Notes: generated by a model from the letters alone, not told the origin. DNA of 64,000 bases from Hyphomicrobiales bacterium (GCA_024244645.1 JAAEOH010000065.1:5882-69881), one strand, 5' to 3'; numbered from the stretch's first letter, positions 44,327-55,104 are shown. Translations and numbers: made by a program.

Positions 44327-46171
44327 TCAGATATCCTGGTAGAACATTTCGTTCTTGGTGATCGAAATGCATTTGGTCGGGCAAACCATGTAACAGGCTC
44401 CGCATCGTATACACTGATTGTTGTCGATCCATATGGCCCCGACGTGATCCCATTCGCTGGATTCTTGCAGATCGCCGTATGTACCGTCTCCCTTAATCTC
44501 AACGCCCTCGACCAATTTGATGCAGTCACGCGGGGCCACTTCAATGCAGGCACGGCAGTAGATGCAGTTATCCACATCGATGCTGTAGCGGTGGTAACAC
44601 AGGTAGCATCGTTTGGCTTCCTCGTAAGCCGTGTCGAGCTCCATTCCCTGCTCCACCTCTTCGGTAAGGCCCGTGAAGCGATTTCTGACATCCTCAGTGG
44701 GCATTTCCTGCCGCGGAATGAAATCGAAAGCCCGTTCGCGCAGGGGCTCTTCCACGGGTTCGATTTTAACCACGAGTTTGCGCCGCTCGCGACCCATCAG
44801 CCAGGTGTCTATGTCAATGGCGATGCGCCGGCCGTGACCCACCGCCTCGATCACGGTCGTCGGGCCGTACACGAAATCGCCGGCAGCAAATACGCCTTCT
44901 TTCGACGTCATACCGTTGTCGCCGATCGCCACGCTGCCCCAGCGGTCCAGCTCCAGTTCCAAATCCACATAGTCATTGACCGTTCGCTGGCCGATCGCGA
45001 CCAGAAGTGTGTCGCACTCTTCTTCAAATTCCGAACCGTCGATGGCAATGGCGGCGCGGCGGCCGTTGTCCCGCCAGCCGCCAAGCCGGTTCTGCACGAA
45101 CCTGACCCCCTTGAATTTGCCATCCTCATCGGTCAACAACGCCGATGGTGTGCGCAGGCCCCGGATCACTACGCCCTCACGTTTGGCCTCAAAGATCTCG
45201 TCCTTTCCGACCGGGATGTACTCCTCGGTGGTGCGCAGATGAATTGTAACTTCCTCGGCCCCGAGCCGCTTGGCCACGCGGGCACAATCGAGAGCGGTAA
45301 ATCCAGCGCCGACGACGAAGACCCGCTTGCCGACTTTCTTGGTTTCACCGCGGTGCAGTTCGACAAGAAAATCCAGCCCGTATTCGACATTGTCCAGAAG
45401 ACGAACCGGATCCTTCTCGCTGTTATCGAGATCCTGCAGCGGCAATGGTGTCGCCTCCATCGAGCCCGTTGCCAGGAGGACAGCGTCATATTCCTTGTGC
45501 AGGTCTGACAGCCGCACCTGTCCCTCGCCGATGCCGACCTCGGTCCCGATGCGCTGTTCGACCCCCAGGCGCATTGCGTTCTGCAGCTCCACGTCAAGAA
45601 TTTCCCGCGGCAGCCGAAACTCCGGAATTCCGTAGTTGAGCATGCCGCCCGGACGTTCCTCGCGATCGAAGATGGTGACGTTGTGGCCGAGGGTGGAAAG
45701 GTCGTGTGCAGCCGCCACGCCGGCCGGACCTGCTCCGACGACGGCGATACGCTTGCCGGTTGGCGTAAACAGGCTTTCATTGATGCGATGACCGGAGGAT
45801 TTGAAATCGCCTGCGAGCCGTTTGAGGTGGCAAATCGCAACGGGCTCCCCGTTGCCGGGCCAACCGTGCCGGCACTTGGCCTCGCACGGGCGCGAACAAA
45901 TCCGTCCCAAAGTACCCGGCAAAACATTCGCCATCCGGTTCAACTCATACGAACGGCCGAAGCGCTGTTCGGTGATCATGCGGATATAAGCCGGAATGTT
46001 GGTGAGCGCCGGGCAGGCAGACTGGCAGGGGACGTTTTCCTCGACCCAGCCTATGTCACGCGGGTCAGTTGAATAACGAACCGGCGTTACGACCCTTTTT
46101 CCGTACGATTGAGGGTCGGAGAAATCCTCGTCCTCCCTCAGATAGATCTTGCGACTTTCCTGCGGGTTCAT
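44327..46171 (-). CDS. GltD/NfnB/DsrL-like iron-sulfur flavoprotein
   Basis: CQSACP..GRICSRPCEAKC, VGAGPAG, GMLNYGIPEFRL, EAKRCYLC, C-terminal ferredoxin CIRCGACYMVCP. Confidence 0.9.
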   Translation of the reverse strand: MNPQESRKIYLREDEDFSDPQSYGKRVVTPVRYSTDPRDIGWVEENVPCQSACPALTNIPAYIRMITEQRFGRSYELNRMANVLPGTLGRICSRPCEAKCRHGWPGNGEPVAICHLKRLAGDFKSSGHRINESLFTPTGKRIAVVGAGPAGVAAAHDLSTLGHNVTIFDREERPGGMLNYGIPEFRLPREILDVELQNAMRLGVEQRIGTEVGIGEGQVRLSDLHKEYDAVLLATGSMEATPLPLQDLDNSEKDPVRLLDNVEYGLDFLVELHRGETKKVGKRVFVVGAGFTALDCARVAKRLGAEEVTIHLRTTEEYIPVGKDEIFEAKREGVVIRGLRTPSALLTDEDGKFKGVRFVQNRLGGWRDNGRRAAIAIDGSEFEEECDTLLVAIGQRTVNDYVDLELELDRWGSVAIGDNGMTSKEGVFAAGDFVYGPTTVIEAVGHGRRIAIDIDTWLMGRERRKLVVKIEPVEEPLRERAFDFIPRQEMPTEDVRNRFTGLTEEVEQGMELDTAYEEAKRCYLCYHRYSIDVDNCIYCRACIEVAPRDCIKLVEGVEIKGDGTYGDLQESSEWDHVGAIWIDNNQCIRCGACYMVCPTKCISITKNEMFYQDI

Positions 46172-46473
46172 GTCAGGCGCATCCCAATAATTCCTTTTGA
46201 GTCTACGATGCGCCTAAAATCCAGCGGAGGCAATGGCTTGTGCGCAAAACCACAGTGGCACGAATGCAGCATGAATGTGACCGGTCCACGGATAGCGCAA
46301 TAAAGCCGGGGTCCGGACCTGGAGAGCACGGGTTCGCAGAACACGCTCGTTGACCGCCGACCACCTCATTGTGACCTTCGACAAACTGCGCGATCAGATC
46401 CGCAGACATGAAGAGATCGTTGTCTGGGGCAATTGAATTGGCCCGCAATGCCGAAACAGGCTCCCGGGCTTCC

Positions 46474-46610
46474 CTATTTCTTGTCCTTATTATCGCCCTT
46501 TTCAGCGCGTTCGTCCTTGACCTGCTTCAGGCCGTCGCCGATCGACAGGCCCAGCTCATCGCCGAGCGTCTTGAGCGCCGGCAACTGCACGGCCATGCCG
46601 AGAATGGAAA
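46474..46610 (-). pseudogene. C-terminal fragment resembling an SPFH/flotillin-family protein
   Basis: GMAVQLPALKTLGDELGLSIGDGLKQV..* with no upstream body. Confidence 0.35.
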
Positions 46611-46621
46611 CAAGAGCCTGA

Positions 46622-46870
46622 TTGACCGGTGTCAGCCCCGTTCCGGTCGAGCCGCCACTTTGTCCCAGAATTGGGAGTTTATGGGAGATGTCCCGCGAGT
46701 ACCGACATATCTACACACTGGCGGTTCCGATACGCAACCGTCGTGGCCGCTGTATCGCCGCGCTGAACATATGCGGTCACAGTTCGCAAACGTCCCTGGA
46801 AAACCTCAAATCGAAGCACCTTGGGGATGCATTGGACGTCGTGCGCAAGCTGGAAAGTGCAATTCCGTAA
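46622..46870 (+). pseudogene. IclR effector-domain fragment
   Basis: TLAVPIRNRRGRCIAALNI; no HTH. Confidence 0.55.
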
Positions 46871-46905
46871 GGAAGGGCAAATTGTCCTTTCTTGACCACT
46901 TGCCG

Positions 46906-48372
46906 CTAGCACAGCCCCTTCATTGCGGCCCCGGCACCATTTTCAAACAGCGCGCGCAGATTGCTCAGGACAGCGGCACGGAATGGCCGGTCGGCTGTAA
47001 GATCTTCGCCAAATATTGTCTGAAGATCGAGAACGCTGTTCCCGAAGGCATCGATATCCGGAAGCGTTTCGCCTGCAATCGCCGCTAGAGACCCGGCCAT
47101 CGGATCTTCAATGGAATAGTCGCTGCCATCTGGCCGCGATCCGCTCAAATGCCTGATCCATGCCGCGACGGCGAGCGTTAGCCTGTCATGCGGCGCGCCC
47201 GCCGTCTTTCGATCTCGAATGGTGCCGAGAAGCCGCTGCGGAATTTTCTGCGACCCGTCCATGGCGATCTGCAACGTCTTGTGTTTCAGCGCCGTATTGG
47301 AAAATCGTTCGAGCAGCGACTTCACATAGTCATTAAGATCAGCGCCAGGCACATCGACGGTCGGCATGATCTCGATGCGCATCATCGCGTCAAGATATGC
47401 GGCAAGGACGGGATCTGAAACGGCATCAGCAACTGTTTCATGACCGGCCGCAACGCCGAGATAGGCGAGCGCCGAGTGGCTTCCGTTGAGGAGTCGCAGC
47501 TTCATGATCTCATACGGTTCGACATTGTCGGCCATGATCACGCCGACCTGCTCCAGCGGTGGGCGACCCGCCGCAAACCGGTCCTCGACCACCCACTGAC
47601 TGAAAGGCTCAGTGACCACCGGCCAGGCATCTTCGTAACCGGTCAGTGCCGATATATCCGCGCGGTCCTCATCAGTGGTGCCAGGAACAATGCGGTCAAC
47701 CATCGTGCACGGAAATGCAATGTTCTGCTCAATCCAGTCGGCAAGGCCAGGATCAACCATCGCGGCAAACTGCGAGACGACGTTCGCCAGCGTGGTGCCA
47801 TTGGCCGGCAAATTATCGCAGCTGACAATCGAAATCGGCGGCAAATCCCGTTTGCGGCGCTGCGCCAGCGCCGCCACAAGCAGGCCGGGAACGGAGCGCG
47901 CGCCCTTTATTGCCTCCAGATCCGCTCTGATATCGCCATGCTCGGGATCCAGGTCGCCCGTCGCCGGATTGCGGCAATAGGCTTTCTCCGTGACCGTCAG
48001 CGTCACGATACGGGTATCGTCGGCGGCGATCGCGGCGATCACCGGTTCATTGTCGGGCGGCGCGTACAATATACCGGCTACGGAACCGATGATCCGCGTG
48101 CGGACGTCGTTGTCGTGTCGGACTGCGAGCGTATAGAGGAAATCCTGCGGGGCCAGCGCATCATGTGTATCGCCGCGCCGCAGGCTGGCGCCTGCAATCG
48201 CCCAGTTCGGATCGATCGCCAGACAATCGTCCAGATAGACGGCCTGGTGTGCCCGGTGAAATGCACCGATCCCGAGATGAACGATTGCCGGCCTGACACG
48301 TGCCTGGTCATAGGCCGGCCGAATTGCCGGACCTTCATAGTCTTCGAGTATTTGTTTGGACAGACGGCTCAA
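46906..48372 (-). CDS. uxuB: D-mannonate oxidoreductase (mannitol dehydrogenase family)
   Basis: HLGIGAFHRAHQA, TLTVTEK, SCDNLP, MVDRIVP, KLRLLNGSH, MDGSQK. Confidence 0.9.
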   Translation of the reverse strand: MSRLSKQILEDYEGPAIRPAYDQARVRPAIVHLGIGAFHRAHQAVYLDDCLAIDPNWAIAGASLRRGDTHDALAPQDFLYTLAVRHDNDVRTRIIGSVAGILYAPPDNEPVIAAIAADDTRIVTLTVTEKAYCRNPATGDLDPEHGDIRADLEAIKGARSVPGLLVAALAQRRKRDLPPISIVSCDNLPANGTTLANVVSQFAAMVDPGLADWIEQNIAFPCTMVDRIVPGTTDEDRADISALTGYEDAWPVVTEPFSQWVVEDRFAAGRPPLEQVGVIMADNVEPYEIMKLRLLNGSHSALAYLGVAAGHETVADAVSDPVLAAYLDAMMRIEIMPTVDVPGADLNDYVKSLLERFSNTALKHKTLQIAMDGSQKIPQRLLGTIRDRKTAGAPHDRLTLAVAAWIRHLSGSRPDGSDYSIEDPMAGSLAAIAGETLPDIDAFGNSVLDLQTIFGEDLTADRPFRAAVLSNLRALFENGAGAAMKGLC

Positions 48373-48404
48373 CTACAATCTCCTTTACCGCGTCGGCGGC
48401 GATG

Positions 48405-49820
48405 TCAGCCGAAACGGTATGCCTTTTTCGCCAGCGCGTATGCAAGGTCACGGGCGATCTCGTGCGCCTCGTCTTCACGCAGCCGATGATCGCACACCCG
48501 TTCGGCGAGAAATGCGCAATCGATGCGCCGGGCCATGTCGTGACGCGCGGGAATGGACGGGAACGCACGCGTGTCGTCGTTAAAGCCTACTGTGTTGTAA
48601 AAACCCGCCGTTTCGGTTGTCATTTCTCGAAACCGCTTCATGCCGTCTGGACTGTCGAAAAACCACCAGGCCGGCCCGAGCTTCAGGACGGGATAGGCAC
48701 CGGCAAGCGGCGCAAGTTCGCGCCCGTATGCGGTTTCATCCAGTGTGAAGACAATCAGCGTCAAACGCTGGTCCATGCCGACCGCGTTGAGCAATGGCCT
48801 GAGCGCCTCGACATAGTCTGTGCGGCGCGGAATATCAAAGCCCTTGTCGCGCCCGAACCTTGCATGCACAGCCTTGTTGTGATTGCGCATGGAACCGGGA
48901 TGGATCTGCATGACCATGCCGTCTTCGATGCTCATCTTGGCCATCTCGGTCAGAAATTGCGCACGAAACAGCTCGTGTTCGCCGGCATCGGCCTTTCCCG
49001 AAAGCACACTGTCGAAGAGCGCCTCGCATTCGTTTCGCGAAAGATCGGCGGTCCTCGCACTGGCAAAACCGTGATCGGTCGCGGTCGCCCCGTGCGACCG
49101 AAAAAAGGCGCGGCGCGCGCGATGCGCCTCCAGATAGCCCTCCCAGCGTTCAACATCGCAACCGGTGATCTGACCGAGCGTTTCAAGATCCCGCCGGAAA
49201 TCCGCATGATCGGGATCAGCGACGGTATCCGGCCGATATGTCGTGACTACCCGTCCCGACCAGTCGCTGTCGGCAATCTCGCCGTGATGAATAAGATCGT
49301 CGATCGCGCTCTCGGTCGTCGCCAGAACCTCAATGTTGAAACGGTCATAAAGCGCCCGCGGACGATAGTCCTCATGCCCAAGGCAGTCGCTGATCTGCCG
49401 GTAATAGGCGCTGGCAGTGTCCGGACCCAACGGTTCTTGCAGATCGAACAGCGTCTCGAATGTGTGGTCGAGCCAAAGCCGTGTCGGCGTGCCGGCAAAC
49501 AGATGATAATTGTCGGCAAAGCACTGCCACACGGCTTCCCCGTCAAACGCGACTGAGGCGCTTTCAGGCATCGGCACACCCATTTCTTCAAGCGTAATCC
49601 CCTGGCTGACCAGCATGCGCAGTACATAATGATCCGGAACAACCAACAGCGTGGCCGGGTCGGAAAACCGGTCATTTGCGGCAAACCATTGCGGATCGGT
49701 GTGTCCGTGCGGGCTGACAATCGGCAGGTCCTTCACACCGTCATAGAGCGCACGCGCTACATTCCGAACTGTCTTGTCGGGCGGAAAAAAGCGGTCGGGA
49801 TGGTTGAGTCCTCTGGTCAT
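48405..49820 (-). CDS. uxaC: Glucuronate isomerase
   Basis: SPHGHTDP, DHYVLRML, MQIHPG, LGPAWWFFD, GFNDDTRAF. Confidence 0.95.
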   Translation of the reverse strand: MTRGLNHPDRFFPPDKTVRNVARALYDGVKDLPIVSPHGHTDPQWFAANDRFSDPATLLVVPDHYVLRMLVSQGITLEEMGVPMPESASVAFDGEAVWQCFADNYHLFAGTPTRLWLDHTFETLFDLQEPLGPDTASAYYRQISDCLGHEDYRPRALYDRFNIEVLATTESAIDDLIHHGEIADSDWSGRVVTTYRPDTVADPDHADFRRDLETLGQITGCDVERWEGYLEAHRARRAFFRSHGATATDHGFASARTADLSRNECEALFDSVLSGKADAGEHELFRAQFLTEMAKMSIEDGMVMQIHPGSMRNHNKAVHARFGRDKGFDIPRRTDYVEALRPLLNAVGMDQRLTLIVFTLDETAYGRELAPLAGAYPVLKLGPAWWFFDSPDGMKRFREMTTETAGFYNTVGFNDDTRAFPSIPARHDMARRIDCAFLAERVCDHRLREDEAHEIARDLAYALAKKAYRFG

Positions 49821-50902
49821 TGCGCTTGCCCCGATCCCGGCGTCCAGTCGCTGCAGATCGGCAGCGCACGGTCGAGCGGCAGCGCCATGCGATCACCGGT
49901 CCGCGCCGCCTGATAGATGGCAGCAACGAGTTCGATCGAGCGGACACCATCGTCGACTGTGACCATCTCCGCCTCCCCGCCGTCGAGATGTTTCGAAATC
50001 TCCAGGAACTGCCCGGCATACCCGCCAGGTCGATCGATGATCTGGCTGTCGATCTCGATGAGCGCCGCGTCGATTGCGCCCTGGTTTTCCGGGTCACGCC
50101 CCGCAAACCGCCACGCATCGGCACCCGGCGCATAGGGATTGCGCCCGCTTTCCGCCGTCAGCGCACTGAAGACAAGACGAAGGCGCGACGTATCGCCCGC
50201 CCCGCCAAGCGTCACTGAAGATGTAACCAGTCCGCCGGACTCCGTATTCATGGAAATGGCCGCGCAATCCTCCAATTCGACCGCGTTAACCCTTGTGTCG
50301 AGCAACGCTGTAACCTGCGTCACCGGCCCGAAAAACAGCGTCACCAGGTCGTGGATGTGAATGGCATGACCAAGCACTGCACCGCCACGTTCACTCTCCC
50401 AGCGCCCGCGCCAGGCAACCGAATAGTAACCGGCACCGCGGTTCCAGTGGGTTTCAAGCGTCGCAACCAGCGGCGTGCCCGCAAGTCCTCGCTGTTGCAG
50501 GCCGGCAAGCTGATAAATCCCGTGGCCATAGCGATACTGGAAGATTGGCGCGAACAGGCAGCTGGCCGCATCTGCCGCCTTCCGCAGTTCATCGGCTTCC
50601 AAAACGCTGCCGGCCAGTGGCTTCTCGCAGATCACGTGTTTGCCGGCGGCAAACGCTTTCAACGCGACAGGTCCATGCAGATGCGGCGGCAGACAGATAT
50701 CGATAATGTCTATGTTGGGATCATCAATAACCACATCGATATCGGCGACTGCCTTGCATCCTGATGCAGTGGCCGCCAGATTCTGCGCTTTGGCCGTATC
50801 TGTGTCGCAGACCGCCTTAACCTCGTAAATGTCCCTGAGGGCAAGGAACCCATCCATATGCTGGGTGCCGATCCCGGCGCCGAGGATTGCGACCGTGCGC
50901 AT
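49817..50902 (-). CDS. Gfo/Idh/MocA oxidoreductase
   Basis: GAGIG, CEKP, HAIHIHD; start ATG 50902. Confidence 0.9.
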   Translation of the reverse strand: MRTVAILGAGIGTQHMDGFLALRDIYEVKAVCDTDTAKAQNLAATASGCKAVADIDVVIDDPNIDIIDICLPPHLHGPVALKAFAAGKHVICEKPLAGSVLEADELRKAADAASCLFAPIFQYRYGHGIYQLAGLQQRGLAGTPLVATLETHWNRGAGYYSVAWRGRWESERGGAVLGHAIHIHDLVTLFFGPVTQVTALLDTRVNAVELEDCAAISMNTESGGLVTSSVTLGGAGDTSRLRLVFSALTAESGRNPYAPGADAWRFAGRDPENQGAIDAALIEIDSQIIDRPGGYAGQFLEISKHLDGGEAEMVTVDDGVRSIELVAAIYQAARTGDRMALPLDRALPICSDWTPGSGQAQ

Positions 50903-51930
50903 CAGCCGGATGCTCCAAGGTGACCAAGCCGCGCAGCCGCGTTTTGTGCCTTGATTGCAACTTCCATCACCTTGAAGCAATGGTCCTGTGACATGGCGGT
51001 CTCCGTGCGGTCGCGGATGTCGGCGGCGAGATTTTCAAAATAGCGCAGCGGCGCTGACGACGCGTCGATATATTCGCAGCGCGATCCGTTGACAAGATAA
51101 AGGTGGTCGGTGCCTGGCCGTCCGGCGATATCGACATATTTGCGCAGTTCGATATAGCCTTCAGTGCCGAGAATGGTCAGCCGGCCGTCGCCCCAGGTGG
51201 GAAGGCCGTCCGGTGTATACCAGTCGACACGGATATAGCCCTGCCCGGTGTCGCCGCGCAGCACGATTTCACCGAAATCCTCGAAGCCCGGATTGTCCGG
51301 ATTGGCAAAATTACCGACACTTGACGAAACGATCTCGGCATCCTTGGAGCCGGTAAAAAACAGGAACTGGTCAACCTGGTGCGAGGCAATGTCACACAAT
51401 ATTCCGCCAAACTGATCGGGCTCGAAAAACCAGTCGGGCCGCATTGCGCGATTGAGCCGGTGCGGACCCAGCCCGACGGTCTGCACGACCTGGCCGATTG
51501 CGCCCTGTTCTACAAGTTCCGCAGCCTTCGACACGGCGGGAACTTCATACCGTTCGGAAAAATCGATCGACCAGATCCGGCCCGTCTCGGCCACGGTCTT
51601 TCTGATGTCCTCGAGCTGAGTCATCGTGGTACAGCCCGGTTTATCGGTCATCACATCCTTGCCGGTCCGCATCGCCTCGATTGCCCGGTCTGCGCGGCGC
51701 GCCGGAATATCAGCGATCAGCACGAGGTCGATCTCCGGATCGTCGATCAGCACCTGCCGGTCGGCAACCCTTTCGACATCCGGAAAACGCTCGACAAAAC
51801 CGGCCACCGGCTGCGGGTCGCCCTCGGTCCACCAGCCCTTGCATGTGCAGCCGAGCGCCAGCATGCCCTCCAGCTGCCCGTAAATATGGCGATGATCGAC
51901 ACCAATGACCGCAACTTTCAAATCAAACAT
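50902..51930 (-). CDS. Gfo/Idh/MocA oxidoreductase
   Basis: IGVDHRHI, TDKPG, DIASHQVD. Confidence 0.88.
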   Translation of the reverse strand: MFDLKVAVIGVDHRHIYGQLEGMLALGCTCKGWWTEGDPQPVAGFVERFPDVERVADRQVLIDDPEIDLVLIADIPARRADRAIEAMRTGKDVMTDKPGCTTMTQLEDIRKTVAETGRIWSIDFSERYEVPAVSKAAELVEQGAIGQVVQTVGLGPHRLNRAMRPDWFFEPDQFGGILCDIASHQVDQFLFFTGSKDAEIVSSSVGNFANPDNPGFEDFGEIVLRGDTGQGYIRVDWYTPDGLPTWGDGRLTILGTEGYIELRKYVDIAGRPGTDHLYLVNGSRCEYIDASSAPLRYFENLAADIRDRTETAMSQDHCFKVMEVAIKAQNAAARLGHLGASG

Positions 51931-51949
51931 GGATACCCTTCAGCCCTGG

Positions 51950-52981
51950 TTAGTTGTTGAGTTTTACGCCGCGGCGCGTGCGCGAAGACTCGATCAGTGC
52001 CTCGATCAGGCGATGCACCTGAAGCGCCTCGCGGCCCGATGCGATCGGCCGGCGCCCGGCTTTGACGGCTTCGACAAACGCACAGATGAGATCGCGATGC
52101 CAGTCATGGGGAAAGGCCATCGGGTCTGCACCGCCCCCCGTGCCAGCCGGCTCGCCGACCGTTTCCGTTTGGCCGTCGCGCCACGCTATCGTCAATGTGC
52201 CGGACTGCAGATGCGCGCTTGCCTTTTCGCAATCGATTGTGATCGATTCAGCACTTCCTGGAAAGGATGCTGTTGTCGCCATCACCGCCCCGGACGCACC
52301 GTTTTCAAAGCGCAGCCCGCCGGCGACAAAATCTTCGGATTCCATTTTATGAAACGGTGTCGTTGCCGCGACCGCCTGAACTTCGGATACAGGGCCAGCA
52401 ATGCTGAGCATGAGATCAAGCGTATGGATCGCCTGGCTGATCAACACGCCGCCGCCGTCACGGGCATAGGTGCCGCGGCCCGGCTCGTCATAATAGGATT
52501 GCTCGCGCCACCAGGGAACGCTGACCCGGACAAGTCCGATAGCGCCCAGCGTGCCGCTTTCGACGCGGTCCTTCAGGGCCATTGAAGCCTCGCGGAAACG
52601 ATGCTGGAAGACAGTTCCAAGCTGGACATTGCTATCCGCGCAGATTGCGACGATTTCCTCAGCCGCGTCGGCGGTTCGTTCCAGCGGCTTTTCTGTCAGA
52701 ATGTGCTTTCCAGCTTCCGCGAACCGCCGCACCAGAGCCACCCGCTCATTGGGCGGTGTGATGATGATGACGGCATCCAGGTCGGTATCATCAGCTAGCG
52801 CATCGATGGATACAGCCGAGGGAAAACCGAAACGTTTTGCAAACACGGAGCGCTTATGCGCATCGCGGGAAAATACGCCACGCACTGTCAACGATCCGGC
52901 AAGATCCTGCAGTGCTTTGGCATGAGGCGTCGCCGCCATGCCGGTACCGACGACGCCGATACCGAATGTGCCGTTGCTCAT
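51950..52981 (-). CDS. Gfo/Idh/MocA oxidoreductase
   Basis: VGTGM, TEKPL, QAIHTLD. Confidence 0.9.
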   Translation of the reverse strand: MSNGTFGIGVVGTGMAATPHAKALQDLAGSLTVRGVFSRDAHKRSVFAKRFGFPSAVSIDALADDTDLDAVIIITPPNERVALVRRFAEAGKHILTEKPLERTADAAEEIVAICADSNVQLGTVFQHRFREASMALKDRVESGTLGAIGLVRVSVPWWREQSYYDEPGRGTYARDGGGVLISQAIHTLDLMLSIAGPVSEVQAVAATTPFHKMESEDFVAGGLRFENGASGAVMATTASFPGSAESITIDCEKASAHLQSGTLTIAWRDGQTETVGEPAGTGGGADPMAFPHDWHRDLICAFVEAVKAGRRPIASGREALQVHRLIEALIESSRTRRGVKLNN

Positions 52982-54066
52982 TGCCCGACCCCGTTCGCGA
53001 TCACCTGTCCCGATGAATCGAACAGATGCATGGAGCTGCGGTTGAAGCGCAGATTAATCTGCTGACCCCGTTCGACGGGCAATTGGCCGAGTTGGTGGAC
53101 CGTCATTTGCGGCATGCCCTCCGGGGTGCAGTAAAGGTAGGTTTCACCGCCGAGCTGCTCCGACAGATCAACGGTTGCAACAATGTCGCCATCGCCGTCG
53201 CTGACGATCTCGATGTGTTCGGGACGGCCGCCGAAGGTCACATTCTGCCCTGCGGCAAGGCCGTCCACGGCTGGAAGGGAAATGCGCTGCAGACCGGCGA
53301 CGAGATCAATTCCGCCATTCGCCTGTTCGGTGGTTGCTTCCACTAGGTTCATGCGCGGCGAGCCGATAAATCCGGCAACAAAAGTGTTCTGCGGATGATT
53401 GTAGAGATCGAGCGGCGCGCCGACCTGTTCAATGCGGCCTGAATTGAGGACGACGATCGTATTGGCAAGGGTCATCGCCTCAACCTGATCGTGGGTCACA
53501 TAGATCATCGTGCCGCCGAGCTTTGCGTGCAGCGCCGCCAGTTCCTTGCGCATTGTCACACGCAATTCGGCGTCAAGATTGGAGAGCGGCTCATCGAACA
53601 GAAAGGCTTTTGGATCGCGGACAATGGCCCGCCCGATTGCAACGCGTTGGCGCTGCCCTCCGGAAAGAGCCCTAGGCCGGCGCTTGAGATACGGCGTGAT
53701 CTGCAGCATCGCCGCCGCGTCATTGACGCGCTGCTCTATTTCCTCCCGCGGCATTTTGGAGTTTTCAAGCCCGAAGGCCATGTTCTTGTACACGCTCATA
53801 TGCGGGTAGAGCGCATAGGACTGGAACACCATCGCAAGACCGCGCTCCGATGCAGGTTCCGAATTGACCACATCACCGTCGATAACCACGTCACCGGAGG
53901 TCACGCCCTCAAGGCCGGCGATGATCCGCAGCAGGGTCGATTTTCCGCATCCGGACGGTCCGACAAAAACGACGAATTTGCCACTTTCAATGTTGAGATC
54001 GACGCCGTGAATGACCTCGACCGGACCGTAGGCCTTGCGCACGTCCTTGAGAACAATTTCAGTCAC
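52978..54066 (-). CDS. Carbohydrate ABC ATPase (MalK/UgpC type)
   Basis: GPSGCGKST, LSGGQRQRVA, DEPLSNLD. Confidence 0.95.
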   Translation of the reverse strand: MTEIVLKDVRKAYGPVEVIHGVDLNIESGKFVVFVGPSGCGKSTLLRIIAGLEGVTSGDVVIDGDVVNSEPASERGLAMVFQSYALYPHMSVYKNMAFGLENSKMPREEIEQRVNDAAAMLQITPYLKRRPRALSGGQRQRVAIGRAIVRDPKAFLFDEPLSNLDAELRVTMRKELAALHAKLGGTMIYVTHDQVEAMTLANTIVVLNSGRIEQVGAPLDLYNHPQNTFVAGFIGSPRMNLVEATTEQANGGIDLVAGLQRISLPAVDGLAAGQNVTFGGRPEHIEIVSDGDGDIVATVDLSEQLGGETYLYCTPEGMPQMTVHQLGQLPVERGQQINLRFNRSSMHLFDSSGQVIANGVGQ

Positions 54067-54087
54067 TCTTGTGCCTTTCCATCCCCA

Positions 54088-55104
54088 CTAGCGGCTTCGC
54101 GCCATTGCCGCCTGGCGCGGGTCGGCCCGCTGCAGGCGCAAGGGCGGCAGCCCGCGCAGGATCTGTTTCACGTCGTCGAGCATCATATCGCGGATGCGTG
54201 CATAGGACGCTTCCATGCCACCCGCCAGGTGCGCCGAATATAGAATGTTGTCCGCTCCGCGCACCGGATCGTGTGCCGCCACAGGCTCTTGCGGAAACAC
54301 GTCTATCGCCGAGCAAAACTGTCCGGAAGACGCCAAGTCGACAAACGCGCTGAAATCCACCACTTCGGCGCGCGAGGCGAGGATCACACTGGCATCCTGC
54401 CCGATCAGCTCCAGCTTTGATCTGTCCAGAAACCCTTCGTTCTCGCTGGTCACACCAGCGAGGATAAACAGGAACCGGCTTTCGGAGAGAACCGCTTCCA
54501 GGCTCGCGGGCCTCACGTTCTTGGTCTGGAGATAGCGATCGGACAGCCACGGATCATGCACCATGATACGGCGCGTGAAGGGCCGCAACAGAGGCACAAG
54601 CGCCCGGCCGAGATTGCCGAAACCAATCAATCCCGCGGGCGCATCATAAAGGCTGTAGGCGCTGCCGTTGCCGGCAATGCCGTAATGTTCTTCACCGGTT
54701 CTAAACAAGGCATCCGCCGCCGGAAGACCACGAGACAACGCGATCGCCTGACCAATGCAATATTCCGCGACAGCCGGCGCCATGGCCGGTGCGACGGACA
54801 GAACGTGGATGCCGCGTCGTTGCGCCGCGGCATAGTCGATGTTCGGCTCCCAGTTTGCCTTCACATTGATGATTGCCTTCAGCTTTTGCGCCTGTTCGAG
54901 CCGCTCCTTCGGCATCGACGTCTGACCGATGATGATCTCCACATCTTCCAACAGGCTCTCGACCAGATCATCGGGTGCACGGGAGCCGAAATGGGTGACC
55001 ACCCGCGCCTCTTGCTCAAGCGCCCCGGCGACGTCCGGGGTATAAACCATCGCTTCGGTTCTCGGATGCGGATCGAACAGAATGAGCGGCTTTTCCGGGG
55101 TCAT
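54088..55104 (-). CDS. D-2-hydroxyacid dehydrogenase family protein
   Basis: GFGNLG, ASRAEVV, DVFPQEP, SAHLAG; start ATG 55104. Confidence 0.88.
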   Translation of the reverse strand: MTPEKPLILFDPHPRTEAMVYTPDVAGALEQEARVVTHFGSRAPDDLVESLLEDVEIIIGQTSMPKERLEQAQKLKAIINVKANWEPNIDYAAAQRRGIHVLSVAPAMAPAVAEYCIGQAIALSRGLPAADALFRTGEEHYGIAGNGSAYSLYDAPAGLIGFGNLGRALVPLLRPFTRRIMVHDPWLSDRYLQTKNVRPASLEAVLSESRFLFILAGVTSENEGFLDRSKLELIGQDASVILASRAEVVDFSAFVDLASSGQFCSAIDVFPQEPVAAHDPVRGADNILYSAHLAGGMEASYARIRDMMLDDVKQILRGLPPLRLQRADPRQAAMARSR

